From: a virus
Taxonomy: Duplodnaviria; Caudoviricetes
Virus record (IMG/VR): IMGVR_UViG_3300030392_001007
Span: 1 to 31,034 of that record
Direction: 5' to 3' (one strand)
DNA: 31,034 nt
The notes beneath the pieces are model-generated. The model had not been told where the DNA came from. It saw only the letters and a program-made list of their open reading frames with translations, and made no database searches. A program made the position numbers and the translations under genes. Shown piece by piece: positions 16,023 to 24,792 of the stretch. Numbering within the stretch: the stretch's first letter is position 1; each line of letters opens with the position of its first letter.

Positions 16023-16223
16023 TTAATCACACTTACAAGATAGCTGAACCATCTCACTTTGTATCTCGTTTATCCTTTTTTTAAGAACATCGACAGTTGT
16101 ATGAAGATGACCTGTATCATGTTCTTCAAACCTGTCTTCAAGGATTTTTATCTCCCTGAAAAGGAAGTTCATGTGATTGAGCATGCTCTGCATACTTAGT
16201 TCATTCGTTGCTGTTGTTTCCAT
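16023..16223 (-). CDS. Hypothetical protein (66 aa)
   Basis: Fits tightly in the minus-strand operon. No recognised function. Confidence 0.6.
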   Translation of the reverse strand: METTATNELSMQSMLNHMNFLFREIKILEDRFEEHDTGHLHTTVDVLKKRINEIQSEMVQLSCKCD

Positions 16224-16235
16224 AATAATTATCTT

Positions 16236-16445
16236 TTATTCCATAAAGGTTGAAGCACTTCCCCATCCTGTTGATGTCTCTTCAATTTTACCGATAGGGA
16301 GAACATATATTACTGTATCCACAGAATCAGGACCGTCAGGCCAAACTGACGTATTAAAAAACGAAGAAGAAAAAGATGTTAAAATACCATACCCTCCCTG
16401 TTTTCTCAGAAGCCTGTACCATTTCCAGTATCCACGTTTATACAT
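16236..16445 (-). CDS. Hypothetical protein (69 aa)
   Basis: Fills the gap between co-directional neighbours. No recognised motif. Confidence 0.5.
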   Translation of the reverse strand: MYKRGYWKWYRLLRKQGGYGILTSFSSSFFNTSVWPDGPDSVDTVIYVLPIGKIEETSTGWGSASTFME

Positions 16446-16479
16446 CTTAATTTCTACCCTGTCAAAGAATTAACCTTCA

Positions 16480-16749
16480 TCAGTTACCGTACCAAGGATG
16501 AACAACTTCTCCTTCTTCGTGAGAAACTGTTTTAACGTCATCAGGAAATAATTCTATAAGCGTCTGTTCTACACCCATCTTTAACGTAAATATACTAGCC
16601 GCACATCCTGCACAAGAACCTGATAACTTAACGTGAACATTTTTATTTTCTTCATCGTAAGACAGTAACTGAATAACTCCTCCGTGTTGAGCAATAGAAG
16701 GAGCTACTTGATCAGCCAGTACATCTTCAATCTTTGCAAACATTGTCAT
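16480..16749 (-). CDS. NifU-like (NfuA C-terminal type) Fe-S cluster carrier
   Basis: VAPSIAQHGGVIQL...VHVKLSGSCAGCAASIFTLKMGVE matches the NifU-domain CxxC motif. The start is moved to the ATG at 16749, which has AAGGAG 10 nt upstream. Confidence 0.88.
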   Translation of the reverse strand: MTMFAKIEDVLADQVAPSIAQHGGVIQLLSYDEENKNVHVKLSGSCAGCAASIFTLKMGVEQTLIELFPDDVKTVSHEEGEVVHPWYGN

Positions 16750-16860
16750 TCTTAAAATGCTCCTTAAAAAATTAACCAGATAATTCCTGAGAGTACAATA
16801 ATATCTGCACAGATAGACCAGACAATGTAAGTTCTTAACATCCACTTACTCACGTCTTGC

Positions 16861-18546
16861 CTAAACTCCACAACTTCCCCCATGTCCTGTTATATGACAA
16901 ATATCGTGTGTCTCAACGTTCTCTTCAAATTCTTCGCCCAGTTTGTCAGCAGCTTCTTTATATGAGACACGAGTAAGAGGCTGACCACCACGACACCCAT
17001 CAGGGTAAACAGTAAAACCTCGTAGACGACAAGCATAAGAAGCAAGGACGTTAGTAAAATCATCCACCATATCTTCATTGTTCAGTTTACTTCCCCACTG
17101 TGGTAAATTAATTGTAGAAGAAATAGACATGTCCACATAGTCTTGAACGTCTGCTTGAAACGCTATTCTTCTTTTGTAGTTTTCGGAAAGGTCGAGAGCC
17201 GATTCAATCTTGTCAGGAGAAATTCCGTACAGATCTATAATTTCCTGCGCTGCGCTATCTATGACGTACTGGTAATGCCAACGACTTTGACCTTTAAGAA
17301 ACCGTCGCTTGTAAGCTACAGCAAAGATAGGTTCAATACCTGTGCTGGTTCCAGCCAGTATACCTATAGAACCAGTAGGAGCGATAGCACGATTGGCAAC
17401 AGGTCGGGAGATTTCCAACGTATCCGAAAACGAGGAACTGGTCTTGTCGGATACACCTTTGTAAACAGAAAGCCACTTGTGCAGTTCAGTTGAAACTTCA
17501 TATTTGTACTTACGTTTGATTAACCACTCGTGCATACCCATCAAACCTAAACCAAGTCGTCGGTTCTTGTCCCTCACCTTGTAAACTTTATCGTAAGGAA
17601 GTTGTGCTTTCAATGTACCGCAGAGAAGAAACTTTGTTGCCAGTTCAATTATCTGAGAAAACTCCCTAATATTATCGACACGCCCCAGATTAACGCTGCC
17701 CAGATTACATACGTCACTGTCGTCTTCGGAGCAGACTTCGGTACAAGCATTCCGTAACGTTTCTTCTTCTTTGTCAAAAAAGTTAAACGAGAAGCCTGGT
17801 TCTCCCGTACTGAGAGCTTGCTGTACATTGGTTTTAAATACGTCTCCCGCATCTCTGTTCTCCATATAGTTAAGAATCCAATCCGTATCGTAGTTAACGG
17901 ATATGTTAGTCATGTCTAACGGACAGGAAAAATTAAAGTCCTGTTCCTTGATTTGACCGTAACTGTATTCAGTATTGCCTACCGTCATTTCGTACCAGTT
18001 TTTAACCGTTAGAAACTTTTCTATATCACGGTGCTGCCAATTCAAACTTGCATAGATAGCAGAACGACGACTGCCTCCTTGCATAACTCGTCTTCCTATT
18101 TCGTTAATCATTAACATTTTGGGAATAGGGCCAGAAGCTAATCCACCTGTTCCTCTTAGAACTTCTCCTTCAGGACGGTAAACAGAATAGTCACAACCTA
18201 TTCCTCCACCTGTCATTAAACAAGATTCAGATTTCCACGACAGGTTTGCCCAATCTTCCCGTGTATCTTCTTCGGCCTTTAACAGAAAACAGTTATTAAA
18301 GAATTTGTTAGTTCGCCCTGCGTAATAAAGATAACGCCCACCGGGAATAAATTTTAAATCAGTAATAATGTTGATAAGTTCATCGACTTCATCAGAAGTA
18401 AGATGTGTATCACATACATCGTGAACCAGTGTACGGGCCAGATCAGACCAAGTTTCACAACTTGTATGCTGGTATTTAAGTTTAAAAATATCTTCGCTGA
18501 ATTTAGAGCGAAACATAGGATTCTCATTGCTTCTAAACGTCGGCAT
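16861..18546 (-). CDS. nrdJ: Ribonucleotide reductase, probably class II (adenosylcobalamin-dependent)
   Basis: FIPGGR, NNCF, GGSRRSA, NISV, GEPG, the NACTE radical-site motif, CNLGSVNL, RRLGLGLMG, IAPTGSIG, TGIEP, SISSTIN and a C-terminal Cys pair. There is no beta-subunit gene in the window. Confidence 0.85.
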   Translation of the reverse strand: MPTFRSNENPMFRSKFSEDIFKLKYQHTSCETWSDLARTLVHDVCDTHLTSDEVDELINIITDLKFIPGGRYLYYAGRTNKFFNNCFLLKAEEDTREDWANLSWKSESCLMTGGGIGCDYSVYRPEGEVLRGTGGLASGPIPKMLMINEIGRRVMQGGSRRSAIYASLNWQHRDIEKFLTVKNWYEMTVGNTEYSYGQIKEQDFNFSCPLDMTNISVNYDTDWILNYMENRDAGDVFKTNVQQALSTGEPGFSFNFFDKEEETLRNACTEVCSEDDSDVCNLGSVNLGRVDNIREFSQIIELATKFLLCGTLKAQLPYDKVYKVRDKNRRLGLGLMGMHEWLIKRKYKYEVSTELHKWLSVYKGVSDKTSSSFSDTLEISRPVANRAIAPTGSIGILAGTSTGIEPIFAVAYKRRFLKGQSRWHYQYVIDSAAQEIIDLYGISPDKIESALDLSENYKRRIAFQADVQDYVDMSISSTINLPQWGSKLNNEDMVDDFTNVLASYACRLRGFTVYPDGCRGGQPLTRVSYKEAADKLGEEFEENVETHDICHITGHGGSCGV

Positions 18547-18592
18547 GATGTTTAGCTTTCTCCTAGTTTAAATAGGGAAATCTATTATATAA

Positions 18593-18796
18593 TCAGGGAC
18601 TGAGACGAGGAACTTTAAATTTTAGATTACTTCGTATGACCCAAACGTAATTATCAGGACTGACTTCTTCTCTTAAAACAGATGCTTTTACAGAAGTATG
18701 TCCTTGCTTATGATAATATTCTTCTATTTTACGTGCGAGTTTTAGGGAGTCATTTCGACTAGAGAGATAATCAACAGGAAGAATATTATTTATCAT
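18593..18796 (-). CDS. Hypothetical protein (67 aa)
   Basis: AGGA RBS upstream and an operon-like fit. No recognised function. Confidence 0.65.
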   Translation of the reverse strand: MINNILPVDYLSSRNDSLKLARKIEEYYHKQGHTSVKASVLREEVSPDNYVWVIRSNLKFKVPRLSP

Positions 18797-18811
18797 AGTA
18801 CAGCTATCCTA

Positions 18812-19174
18812 TCAATTATCACCGCTGTCCACAAACGTATCGTCTATCGTCTTAAAATAATTAGATAAATGTGTCTCGTCAATCTTACCACATTCCTCCA
18901 TTAATTTACATAAGTACCAATGAGCCTTTCCCAGATCTTCCATTGGCTTGTCTTTATAAGCATATCGCCATAGATATTTCTCAACGTTTCCTTTTAGATA
19001 GCCTAGAAATTCTATCTGTGTCATGCTGGCTTCGATAGCTTTAATAGCTTCAATATCGTTACGGTTATAATGAGGAGGATTAGCGACTTCGTTTTTCGCC
19101 ATAATATTTTTTCGAATAGCTATCCATCCTGGCGAATCGTTAGGAATGTTAGCAAAAATGTTAGGTTGACTCAT
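18812..19174 (-). CDS. DUF3310 family protein (T7 gp1.7 / SaV-like)
   Basis: VANPPHY, IEAIKAI, FLGYLKGNVEKYLWRY..K and EDLGKAHWYL. Confidence 0.88.
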   Translation of the reverse strand: MSQPNIFANIPNDSPGWIAIRKNIMAKNEVANPPHYNRNDIEAIKAIEASMTQIEFLGYLKGNVEKYLWRYAYKDKPMEDLGKAHWYLCKLMEECGKIDETHLSNYFKTIDDTFVDSGDN

Positions 19175-19180
19175 TATCGG

Positions 19181-19654
19181 TTACTCCTTTGCACTGTTTA
19201 ACAGAACGTTTATACGTCTGTGAACAAACTTTAAATCTTTACTCAAGATACGATTAAAAAATTTCCTACCGTAATCAGGAGCAATTCCTGCCAATTCACA
19301 GATAGGTTCATATGTAGAGGCAGTTACACAGGAAGGTACAGTAAACCATTTGAGAGCAGACTGTCTAGCTTTTTCTGAGGAAATTGGTTCTTCTTTTGTT
19401 TCAGGTTTAGTGGCGTCTAGTAACGCCTGTAGAAATACAGAAATAAAAAGAAGTCTTTCGGGAACAGCTGTTTTATTTGTTTGAATAGAAGAGAGCCATA
19501 AAAAATCATTATGCCTTTCTTTATTAAATGTAAATTCCAGATCATCTTCATAGTAGTTTAGAATTTCTTTTAAATCTTCGTAACTAAATTCTTTAGTATC
19601 GGTCTTGTCCGTTAGCTTTTTGCTGTCTTCTTTTTCTTTTTCTTTTTCTTCCAC
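19181..19654 (-). CDS. Hypothetical phage protein (157 aa)
   Basis: GTG start after AAGGA. Contains PERLLFISVFLQALLDAT...ICELAGIAP. Function unknown. Confidence 0.7.
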   Translation of the reverse strand: MEEKEKEKEDSKKLTDKTDTKEFSYEDLKEILNYYEDDLEFTFNKERHNDFLWLSSIQTNKTAVPERLLFISVFLQALLDATKPETKEEPISSEKARQSALKWFTVPSCVTASTYEPICELAGIAPDYGRKFFNRILSKDLKFVHRRINVLLNSAKE

Positions 19655-20111
19655 TTTCCTTGATCCATGCTTTCGGTATTATTTTGTCGGCCCATTTAAA
19701 AGAATTCTTGTCGCACCATTGAGCTACCGTTGTTTTTGCTTTGGGAGCAATAGAAAGATTAGGATTCTGAAAGACAAAACGTATATCTAAATCAGGGTAT
19801 TGATCCTTTATCAGTAAATGTTTCCTTCTATCATCACTAAAGAATCTTCCTTTTAATTCTATTATAATACCATTAGGTAAAACAAGGTCAGGAAGATAAT
19901 GTCGTTCAATAGAAGGAACGATAAAATTTATTTTAAACGGCTCGTATAAAAAGTCAACGCGACGTTCAGTTAGATCATCACATACAATGGATTCAAACTT
20001 GGATCTAAATGAAAACTTCTTCGACTCTAGGTTGTTTTTTAACGTCTGTAAAGAATCGAATACCGTTTGCGTATTGAAAGGTACGAAGTCCTTTTCCGTT
20101 ATTAGCTTCAC
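19593..20111 (-). CDS. Endonuclease I (T7 gp3-like Holliday junction resolvase)
   Basis: FRSKFE, YLPDLVLPNGIIIELKGRF, DRRKHLLIKDQYPDLDIRFVF and QWCDKNSFKW. The start is uncertain; GTG at 20111 is chosen because AAGGA lies 8 nt upstream. Confidence 0.9.
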   Translation of the reverse strand: MKLITEKDFVPFNTQTVFDSLQTLKNNLESKKFSFRSKFESIVCDDLTERRVDFLYEPFKINFIVPSIERHYLPDLVLPNGIIIELKGRFFSDDRRKHLLIKDQYPDLDIRFVFQNPNLSIAPKAKTTVAQWCDKNSFKWADKIIPKAWIKESGRKRKRKRRQQKANGQDRY

Positions 20112-20883
20112 TCCAACATTCCTTTTTAAATTTACAGTACACACATCCTATGGACAGTTTATAGTTACCTGACTTACCTTCTTCAACAGGAAGATAACAT
20201 TTTTCTGGAGGTGTGGCTTGCTGTATAGCTCCTTTTAAATACGTTATTCTATCTTTTGCGTTTATCATTTCCATTTGATGTAAAGGCATAAGCGTAATTT
20301 CTCCACTCTGTTTATCAATGGCTATAAAGGCGGCTTCCTTTTCTCCAGCAGCTTGTGCATACGAAGAGAGTTGAGCTATGTAACCAAAAGGATCGTCTTC
20401 GAGAAGAGAATGATCTTTAAATTTTTTAAAACTTCTACCAGAAGCTGATTTAAAATCTACAATAATGTCATCGACTCTGGCATCCTGATGACCTACGACA
20501 CCTTCCAGTTTATATTCCTTTTGCTGTTCCGTAACGACATGTCCAGCTGTACGGCATAGGAGAACCATAAGTTCTTCGAGGATAGAACCATATAAAAATT
20601 TTAACAGAAGAGAATAGGAAAGAGGTTCAGTAGTTTCAGGGTCTTGTCTAGTTTCATACCAAAGCTGTCTGGAAGGTTTTCCTATATTAGACATACGAAG
20701 AGAATAATCATGCCCACCTTTTTCCCGATTACGAATAAAGGTAGAAACAATGGCTTCGCTTACATTTTTACTGAATGTTTTCAGATCTTCATCAGTAGGA
20801 ACAGCTTTGGATTGAGGGGAGAATACTTTTTCTATATCTTCTACAAGGGTATGGATGGTTGGCTTTTTATTTTTACCTGTCAT
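20005..20883 (-). CDS. PD-(D/E)XK (Cas4-like) exonuclease
   Basis: LRMSNIGKPSRQLWY, GHQD...VDFKSAS, YIAQLSSY and a C-terminal Cys cluster (C...CVYCKFKKEC). Confidence 0.82.
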   Translation of the reverse strand: MTGKNKKPTIHTLVEDIEKVFSPQSKAVPTDEDLKTFSKNVSEAIVSTFIRNREKGGHDYSLRMSNIGKPSRQLWYETRQDPETTEPLSYSLLLKFLYGSILEELMVLLCRTAGHVVTEQQKEYKLEGVVGHQDARVDDIIVDFKSASGRSFKKFKDHSLLEDDPFGYIAQLSSYAQAAGEKEAAFIAIDKQSGEITLMPLHQMEMINAKDRITYLKGAIQQATPPEKCYLPVEEGKSGNYKLSIGCVYCKFKKECWSEANNGKGLRTFQYANGIRFFTDVKKQPRVEEVFI

Positions 20884-20888
20884 TATGT

Positions 20889-22028
20889 TTAAGTTTCTGT
20901 AATAGAATTCAGAGCTTCACATAAATCCTTTACCATAGAAGGAGTAATATCTTTATGATTGCCTACGTATATACAGCTATCGTGAATGATTTTTGCGTTG
21001 TCGTCAAATTGAAATTGATTAATAGATTTCATAAAAGGATGTTCAAAAAGATTACCAGATATAAGAGGACGGTATTCAATATTCATTTCCTTTAATTTCT
21101 CTTTTACAGCTGGCATCCTATTACTCTTAGTAAATATAGGTAAAGCGTAATTACTACAGCCTTCAGTTATAAAATAAGTTTTATATAAAAATGGTTTTAA
21201 ATTATCAATAAAAATTCGAAAGTTTTCGTTTCTATGTTCTATAGCTGAATCTAAATGAGGTAACTGTAATAGTCCTAACTTGGCATGCAGTTCAGTATTT
21301 CTTACGTTGAAACCATCTCGTAAAAAAGTAAAAGAAGGGTCAACGTTTGCTACTGTTCTTTTGGCACGTTCACGTTCAGGTAACTCGCGGAGTAAGCCAT
21401 GAGAACGTAACAGTAAAAGATCATGGTAAAGTTTTTTATCGTCAGTACAAATCATTCCCCCTTCAATTGTTGTCATATGATGACCGTAGTAAAAGGAAAA
21501 AGAAGAGGCTATACCATACGTACCGCCCTTTCTCTTTTTGAAAGAGACACCGTGAGACTCACAGCAATCTTCTACAATTGTTACGTTATACTTAGAACAT
21601 AAATCAAGAAGATCGTTGGAGAGAGCGCAGAAGCCTAGAATGTGGGTCAATAATAGAAATTTAGGTTTCTCATTTTTAAAAATATACTCCAACGTTTTCA
21701 GATCAGGACCAAAATTATTTAAATTAATATCACATAATTGGAGATGACCGAATTGCATAATGGGGGAAACAGCAGTAGACCATGTACACGCTTGAGATAC
21801 CCATGTAGGTCTATCGTCACCTGATAAGGCACGTACAATCAAAAGGTCAGCAGAGGAACCAGAGTTTACAAAGACAGAATAACGGCAACCTAGCCACTTG
21901 GACCAAGCCTCTTCAAAGTCCCGTACCATTTGTCCTTGTGTAAATTTATTAGAATTACGTATAAAAAAAGCCATAACGTCACGCTCGATTTCCGTTATGG
22001 CATCATCAGTCATTAACCGCCAATTCAT
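20889..22028 (-). CDS. PLP-dependent DegT-family enzyme, ColD-like (GDP-4-keto-6-deoxy-D-mannose 3-dehydratase)
   Basis: FVNSGSSA, EDCCESHG, FSFYYGHHMTTIEGG (His at the position of the usual Schiff-base Lys), RSHG, GFNVR, RPLISGN and YVGNH. Confidence 0.82.
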   Translation of the reverse strand: MNWRLMTDDAITEIERDVMAFFIRNSNKFTQGQMVRDFEEAWSKWLGCRYSVFVNSGSSADLLIVRALSGDDRPTWVSQACTWSTAVSPIMQFGHLQLCDINLNNFGPDLKTLEYIFKNEKPKFLLLTHILGFCALSNDLLDLCSKYNVTIVEDCCESHGVSFKKRKGGTYGIASSFSFYYGHHMTTIEGGMICTDDKKLYHDLLLLRSHGLLRELPERERAKRTVANVDPSFTFLRDGFNVRNTELHAKLGLLQLPHLDSAIEHRNENFRIFIDNLKPFLYKTYFITEGCSNYALPIFTKSNRMPAVKEKLKEMNIEYRPLISGNLFEHPFMKSINQFQFDDNAKIIHDSCIYVGNHKDITPSMVKDLCEALNSITET

Positions 22029-22047
22029 TTTTATCTTATCCTTTTAT

Positions 22048-22094
22048 AAAAAAAGTGCCAGTAGGCAGGGAAAGGAGCGAACCTACCTACTGGC
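22048..22094 (-). terminator. Rho-independent terminator after the SSB gene
   Basis: Minus strand GCCAGTAGGTAGG-ttcgctcctttc-CCTGCCTACTGGC forms a 13-bp stem with one G-U pair, followed by AC and T7. Confidence 0.85.
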
Positions 22095-22114
22095 TGTGAT
22101 GGTGACACGTATTA

Positions 22115-22597
22115 TTATTCGAAGGGAGGTGCGTCACCAACGGCGTCATAACCCCCAGATACAGGCTGGAAGTCACCACTCGTATCAGAACCTTCGGGCC
22201 TGTCAAACTTTACAAGTTCAATAACTTGTACACCTTGAAGATCAAAGCCTTTTTTACCAGCCGCAGGACCGTTTTTATAATCAAATGTCGTGAACGAAGC
22301 GTTTATTTTGGAACCGTTACCAATAAGCGTTCCAGACATGTCATGCATCTTGGCATCAACAAGACTAGGTTTCTGATTTGGTTGACCGTTATAACGTTTA
22401 GCTGGTCGTTTAAGAGTGACAAAATCACCACGGTCGTCACCCTTGTTCTTCAGGATCATACGAAAATCCTGTGCAATCTTTTTATTTTCATCGTCAAGAT
22501 TACCGATGTCGATTGACCATTGAAGTTTAGTCGGGTCAAAATTATTTTGGGGCGTTTCAAGTTTTGCCCAATAAGCAGTACCACTAATTATAGCCAT
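22115..22597 (-). CDS. Single-stranded DNA-binding protein (T7 gp2.5-like)
   Basis: ISGTAYWAKL, LIGNGS, LQGVQVIELV and an acidic tail ending in PFE. Located in the replication module. Confidence 0.85.
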   Translation of the reverse strand: MAIISGTAYWAKLETPQNNFDPTKLQWSIDIGNLDDENKKIAQDFRMILKNKGDDRGDFVTLKRPAKRYNGQPNQKPSLVDAKMHDMSGTLIGNGSKINASFTTFDYKNGPAAGKKGFDLQGVQVIELVKFDRPEGSDTSGDFQPVSGGYDAVGDAPPFE

Positions 22598-22600
22598 AAG

Positions 22601-23164
22601 TTACTTCCTTTTCTTCCGTTTCGTTTTTACGTTACCGCTATTCACATACTTGGTAAATTCCACAAAGTCAAGCGGTAATTCACTTTGTGGTAAATTGTAA
22701 CACAAGTTACCTGTCTTAAATTTACGATAGTTTTCCTGTATTACAAAATCCTTTTTAGTAATAGCTCCAGCAAATCTAAAGCCATCGGAAAATGTACCTG
22801 TTAAAAGTACATACAAATCAATATCAAATTCTTTCTGTGATTTAAGCAAAAGTAAGTGGGCTGAATTCCATCTACTTGTTTTTACTTCTATCTTACTAGT
22901 ATTAACTATATAGTCAGCTTGTTTTTCTGGACCGTTAGTATAAAGATTAGGATAAAGACCCATCATTTTAGCAAACGCAATTTCTCCGGCTGCACCATCT
23001 ACATCAATCTCCTGTTTTGACTGACGTTTACTTTTCTTTATAAGATTTGAAACATTTGGACCAAGCCGTTCTGCATTAACTTCACTTCGTTTATTACCAA
23101 TAAACTTGGCAAGATCCTGTTCTAATTTTGTGAGAGGTAAAACCTCTAATGAGTAGTTGACCAT
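22601..23164 (-). CDS. Hypothetical protein with possible PD-(D/E)XK nuclease fold
   Basis: GAAGEIAF...ADYIVNTSKIEVKTS gives an E...D...EVK pattern. Confidence 0.55.
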   Translation of the reverse strand: MVNYSLEVLPLTKLEQDLAKFIGNKRSEVNAERLGPNVSNLIKKSKRQSKQEIDVDGAAGEIAFAKMMGLYPNLYTNGPEKQADYIVNTSKIEVKTSRWNSAHLLLLKSQKEFDIDLYVLLTGTFSDGFRFAGAITKKDFVIQENYRKFKTGNLCYNLPQSELPLDFVEFTKYVNSGNVKTKRKKRK

Positions 23165-24792
23165 GTTAATCCTATCTTTGCTTCACTATCTAAGGGACAT
23201 CTTGTTTTAAGTATATCTTCTGTTTTCTTCATAGCTTCCCGTGTAAGATCAGAGAATTGATTAGCTTGAGAAGCTAGAACTTCAAATTGAACTTCATCAT
23301 GTATATTCGCTACAGGACGTGCCGTCAACTTATGTTCAAAAACAAGCTTACATATTTCTATAAGCCATTGTTTACAGATGATAGCTCCCGCTCCCTGTAG
23401 TAACGTGTTAAGAGCGGCGTGGACATGTCTAATCATCAGGAACCTACCATCCAATGCACGTACCCGTCCTGATCCAGCCTCGTTAGTTACTCGCTCTCTT
23501 AACTGTGCCAGCTTGGGCATGTTATTTAAAAAGGTATCTATCAGTTGTTGGCCTTCTTCCTGATCGCCTTCTATAATGGCTCCTATCTTTGCCGCCCCTG
23601 CTCCATATAAAAAAGCATAAATAAAAGTCTTGGCGTTATCTCTTGTTGGTAAACCAGCAGCCTTTTGATTAGCTGTATGAATATCTCCATCCACAACTTC
23701 TTTAGTAAATTCTTCATCGTTCATATAATGAGCAAGACAACGCAACTCTAATCCTGATGCATCTGCGCCTACTAAGACAAACCTTTTAGGATCTTCCACA
23801 GTCCAACAGTCCCTACATTCTTTACCGTAGGGAGAATAAGAAGCAGGAACCTGTGCCATATTTGGATTATTATGAGTCATTCTTCCTGTTATAGTTCCTA
23901 TTGTTTTAACGTTTCCATGTACTCGTCCCGTTTCAGGATTAACAGATTCAAGCCACGAGTTAACTTGAGCTAAACGTTTATTTAATAAGAACAATCTTTG
24001 AAATTTACGAGCTACAGGTAAAGGACAGGTTTCTAAAGTTTTTTCATTTATAACAGGACGTTGAGTCTTGTCAGTCTTCTGTTCAGGTATCCATCCAAGT
24101 AGTTTAAGTCTTTCCCCTATTTGTTTACGGCTGTTAGGATTGAATGGTACATACTTTGTTTTTGTTTTTAATTTAACTTCAACTGGGTCAAACTCACTGA
24201 CTAATTCAGTTTCTATAGTGGATGCATTTTGTTGTAAACAAGCTGATAACTCCATTGCTTTTTTACTATTTAAATAGAAACCGTTATAACATTGAATGTT
24301 AATTAACGAAGCCACAGCAAATTCCAAATCAATACAAGTTTTTGAAAAACCATTTAACTCTATTTTTAAATGTTCATAAAGTTTATGAGTAATATCTACA
24401 TCTCTTTTACAATAAGTAATCATTTCATCTGAAAGATGTGACCAATCATCATAATCTATTTTAGGATAGTTAAAAATAGTTCCCCAGTTAGCTAGTGAAT
24501 TACCACCTTCTCTTACAGAGTTAGCTAAACGTGCTAATATAAGAGTATCTGTTATTTTATTATGAGAAATAGTAACATTTAATAACCGTTTAATAATAGG
24601 AGCATCAAAGGCAAGACCGTTATGCATAATACAACGACTTACCTTTGTCATAAACTCTCTAAAATCATGGGCCATTGTCTGCTTATCTTTAAATACAAAA
24701 ATTTCATTTGTATCTATATCTTTAGCAACAATGACCCATATCGTTTTAGCGTTAAGGCCATCCGTTTCTATATCTAAAACAATACGTCTCAC
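23146..24792 (-). CDS. DNA polymerase family A (T7-like; 3'-5' exonuclease + polymerase)
   Basis: ExoI LDIETDG, ExoII HNGLAFD, ExoIII YCKRD, TGRMTHNNPNMAQVP, motif A DASGLELR, motif B RDNAKTFIYAFLYG and motif C HDE. Confidence 0.97.
   Translation of the reverse strand: MRRIVLDIETDGLNAKTIWVIVAKDIDTNEIFVFKDKQTMAHDFREFMTKVSRCIMHNGLAFDAPIIKRLLNVTISHNKITDTLILARLANSVREGGNSLANWGTIFNYPKIDYDDWSHLSDEMITYCKRDVDITHKLYEHLKIELNGFSKTCIDLEFAVASLINIQCYNGFYLNSKKAMELSACLQQNASTIETELVSEFDPVEVKLKTKTKYVPFNPNSRKQIGERLKLLGWIPEQKTDKTQRPVINEKTLETCPLPVARKFQRLFLLNKRLAQVNSWLESVNPETGRVHGNVKTIGTITGRMTHNNPNMAQVPASYSPYGKECRDCWTVEDPKRFVLVGADASGLELRCLAHYMNDEEFTKEVVDGDIHTANQKAAGLPTRDNAKTFIYAFLYGAGAAKIGAIIEGDQEEGQQLIDTFLNNMPKLAQLRERVTNEAGSGRVRALDGRFLMIRHVHAALNTLLQGAGAIICKQWLIEICKLVFEHKLTARPVANIHDEVQFEVLASQANQFSDLTREAMKKTEDILKTRCPLDSEAKIGLTWSTTH

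Noticed and set aside
20005-20883. Cas4-like nuclease as evidence of a CRISPR-Cas system
   Set aside because: No repeat-spacer array or other cas genes are present. Such nucleases are common replication-module exonucleases in phages.
14829-22028. Bacterial O-antigen locus or host contamination as the source of gmd and the colD-like gene
   Set aside because: Both genes are tightly embedded among phage replication and lysis genes, and no wzx/wzy or other host context is present.
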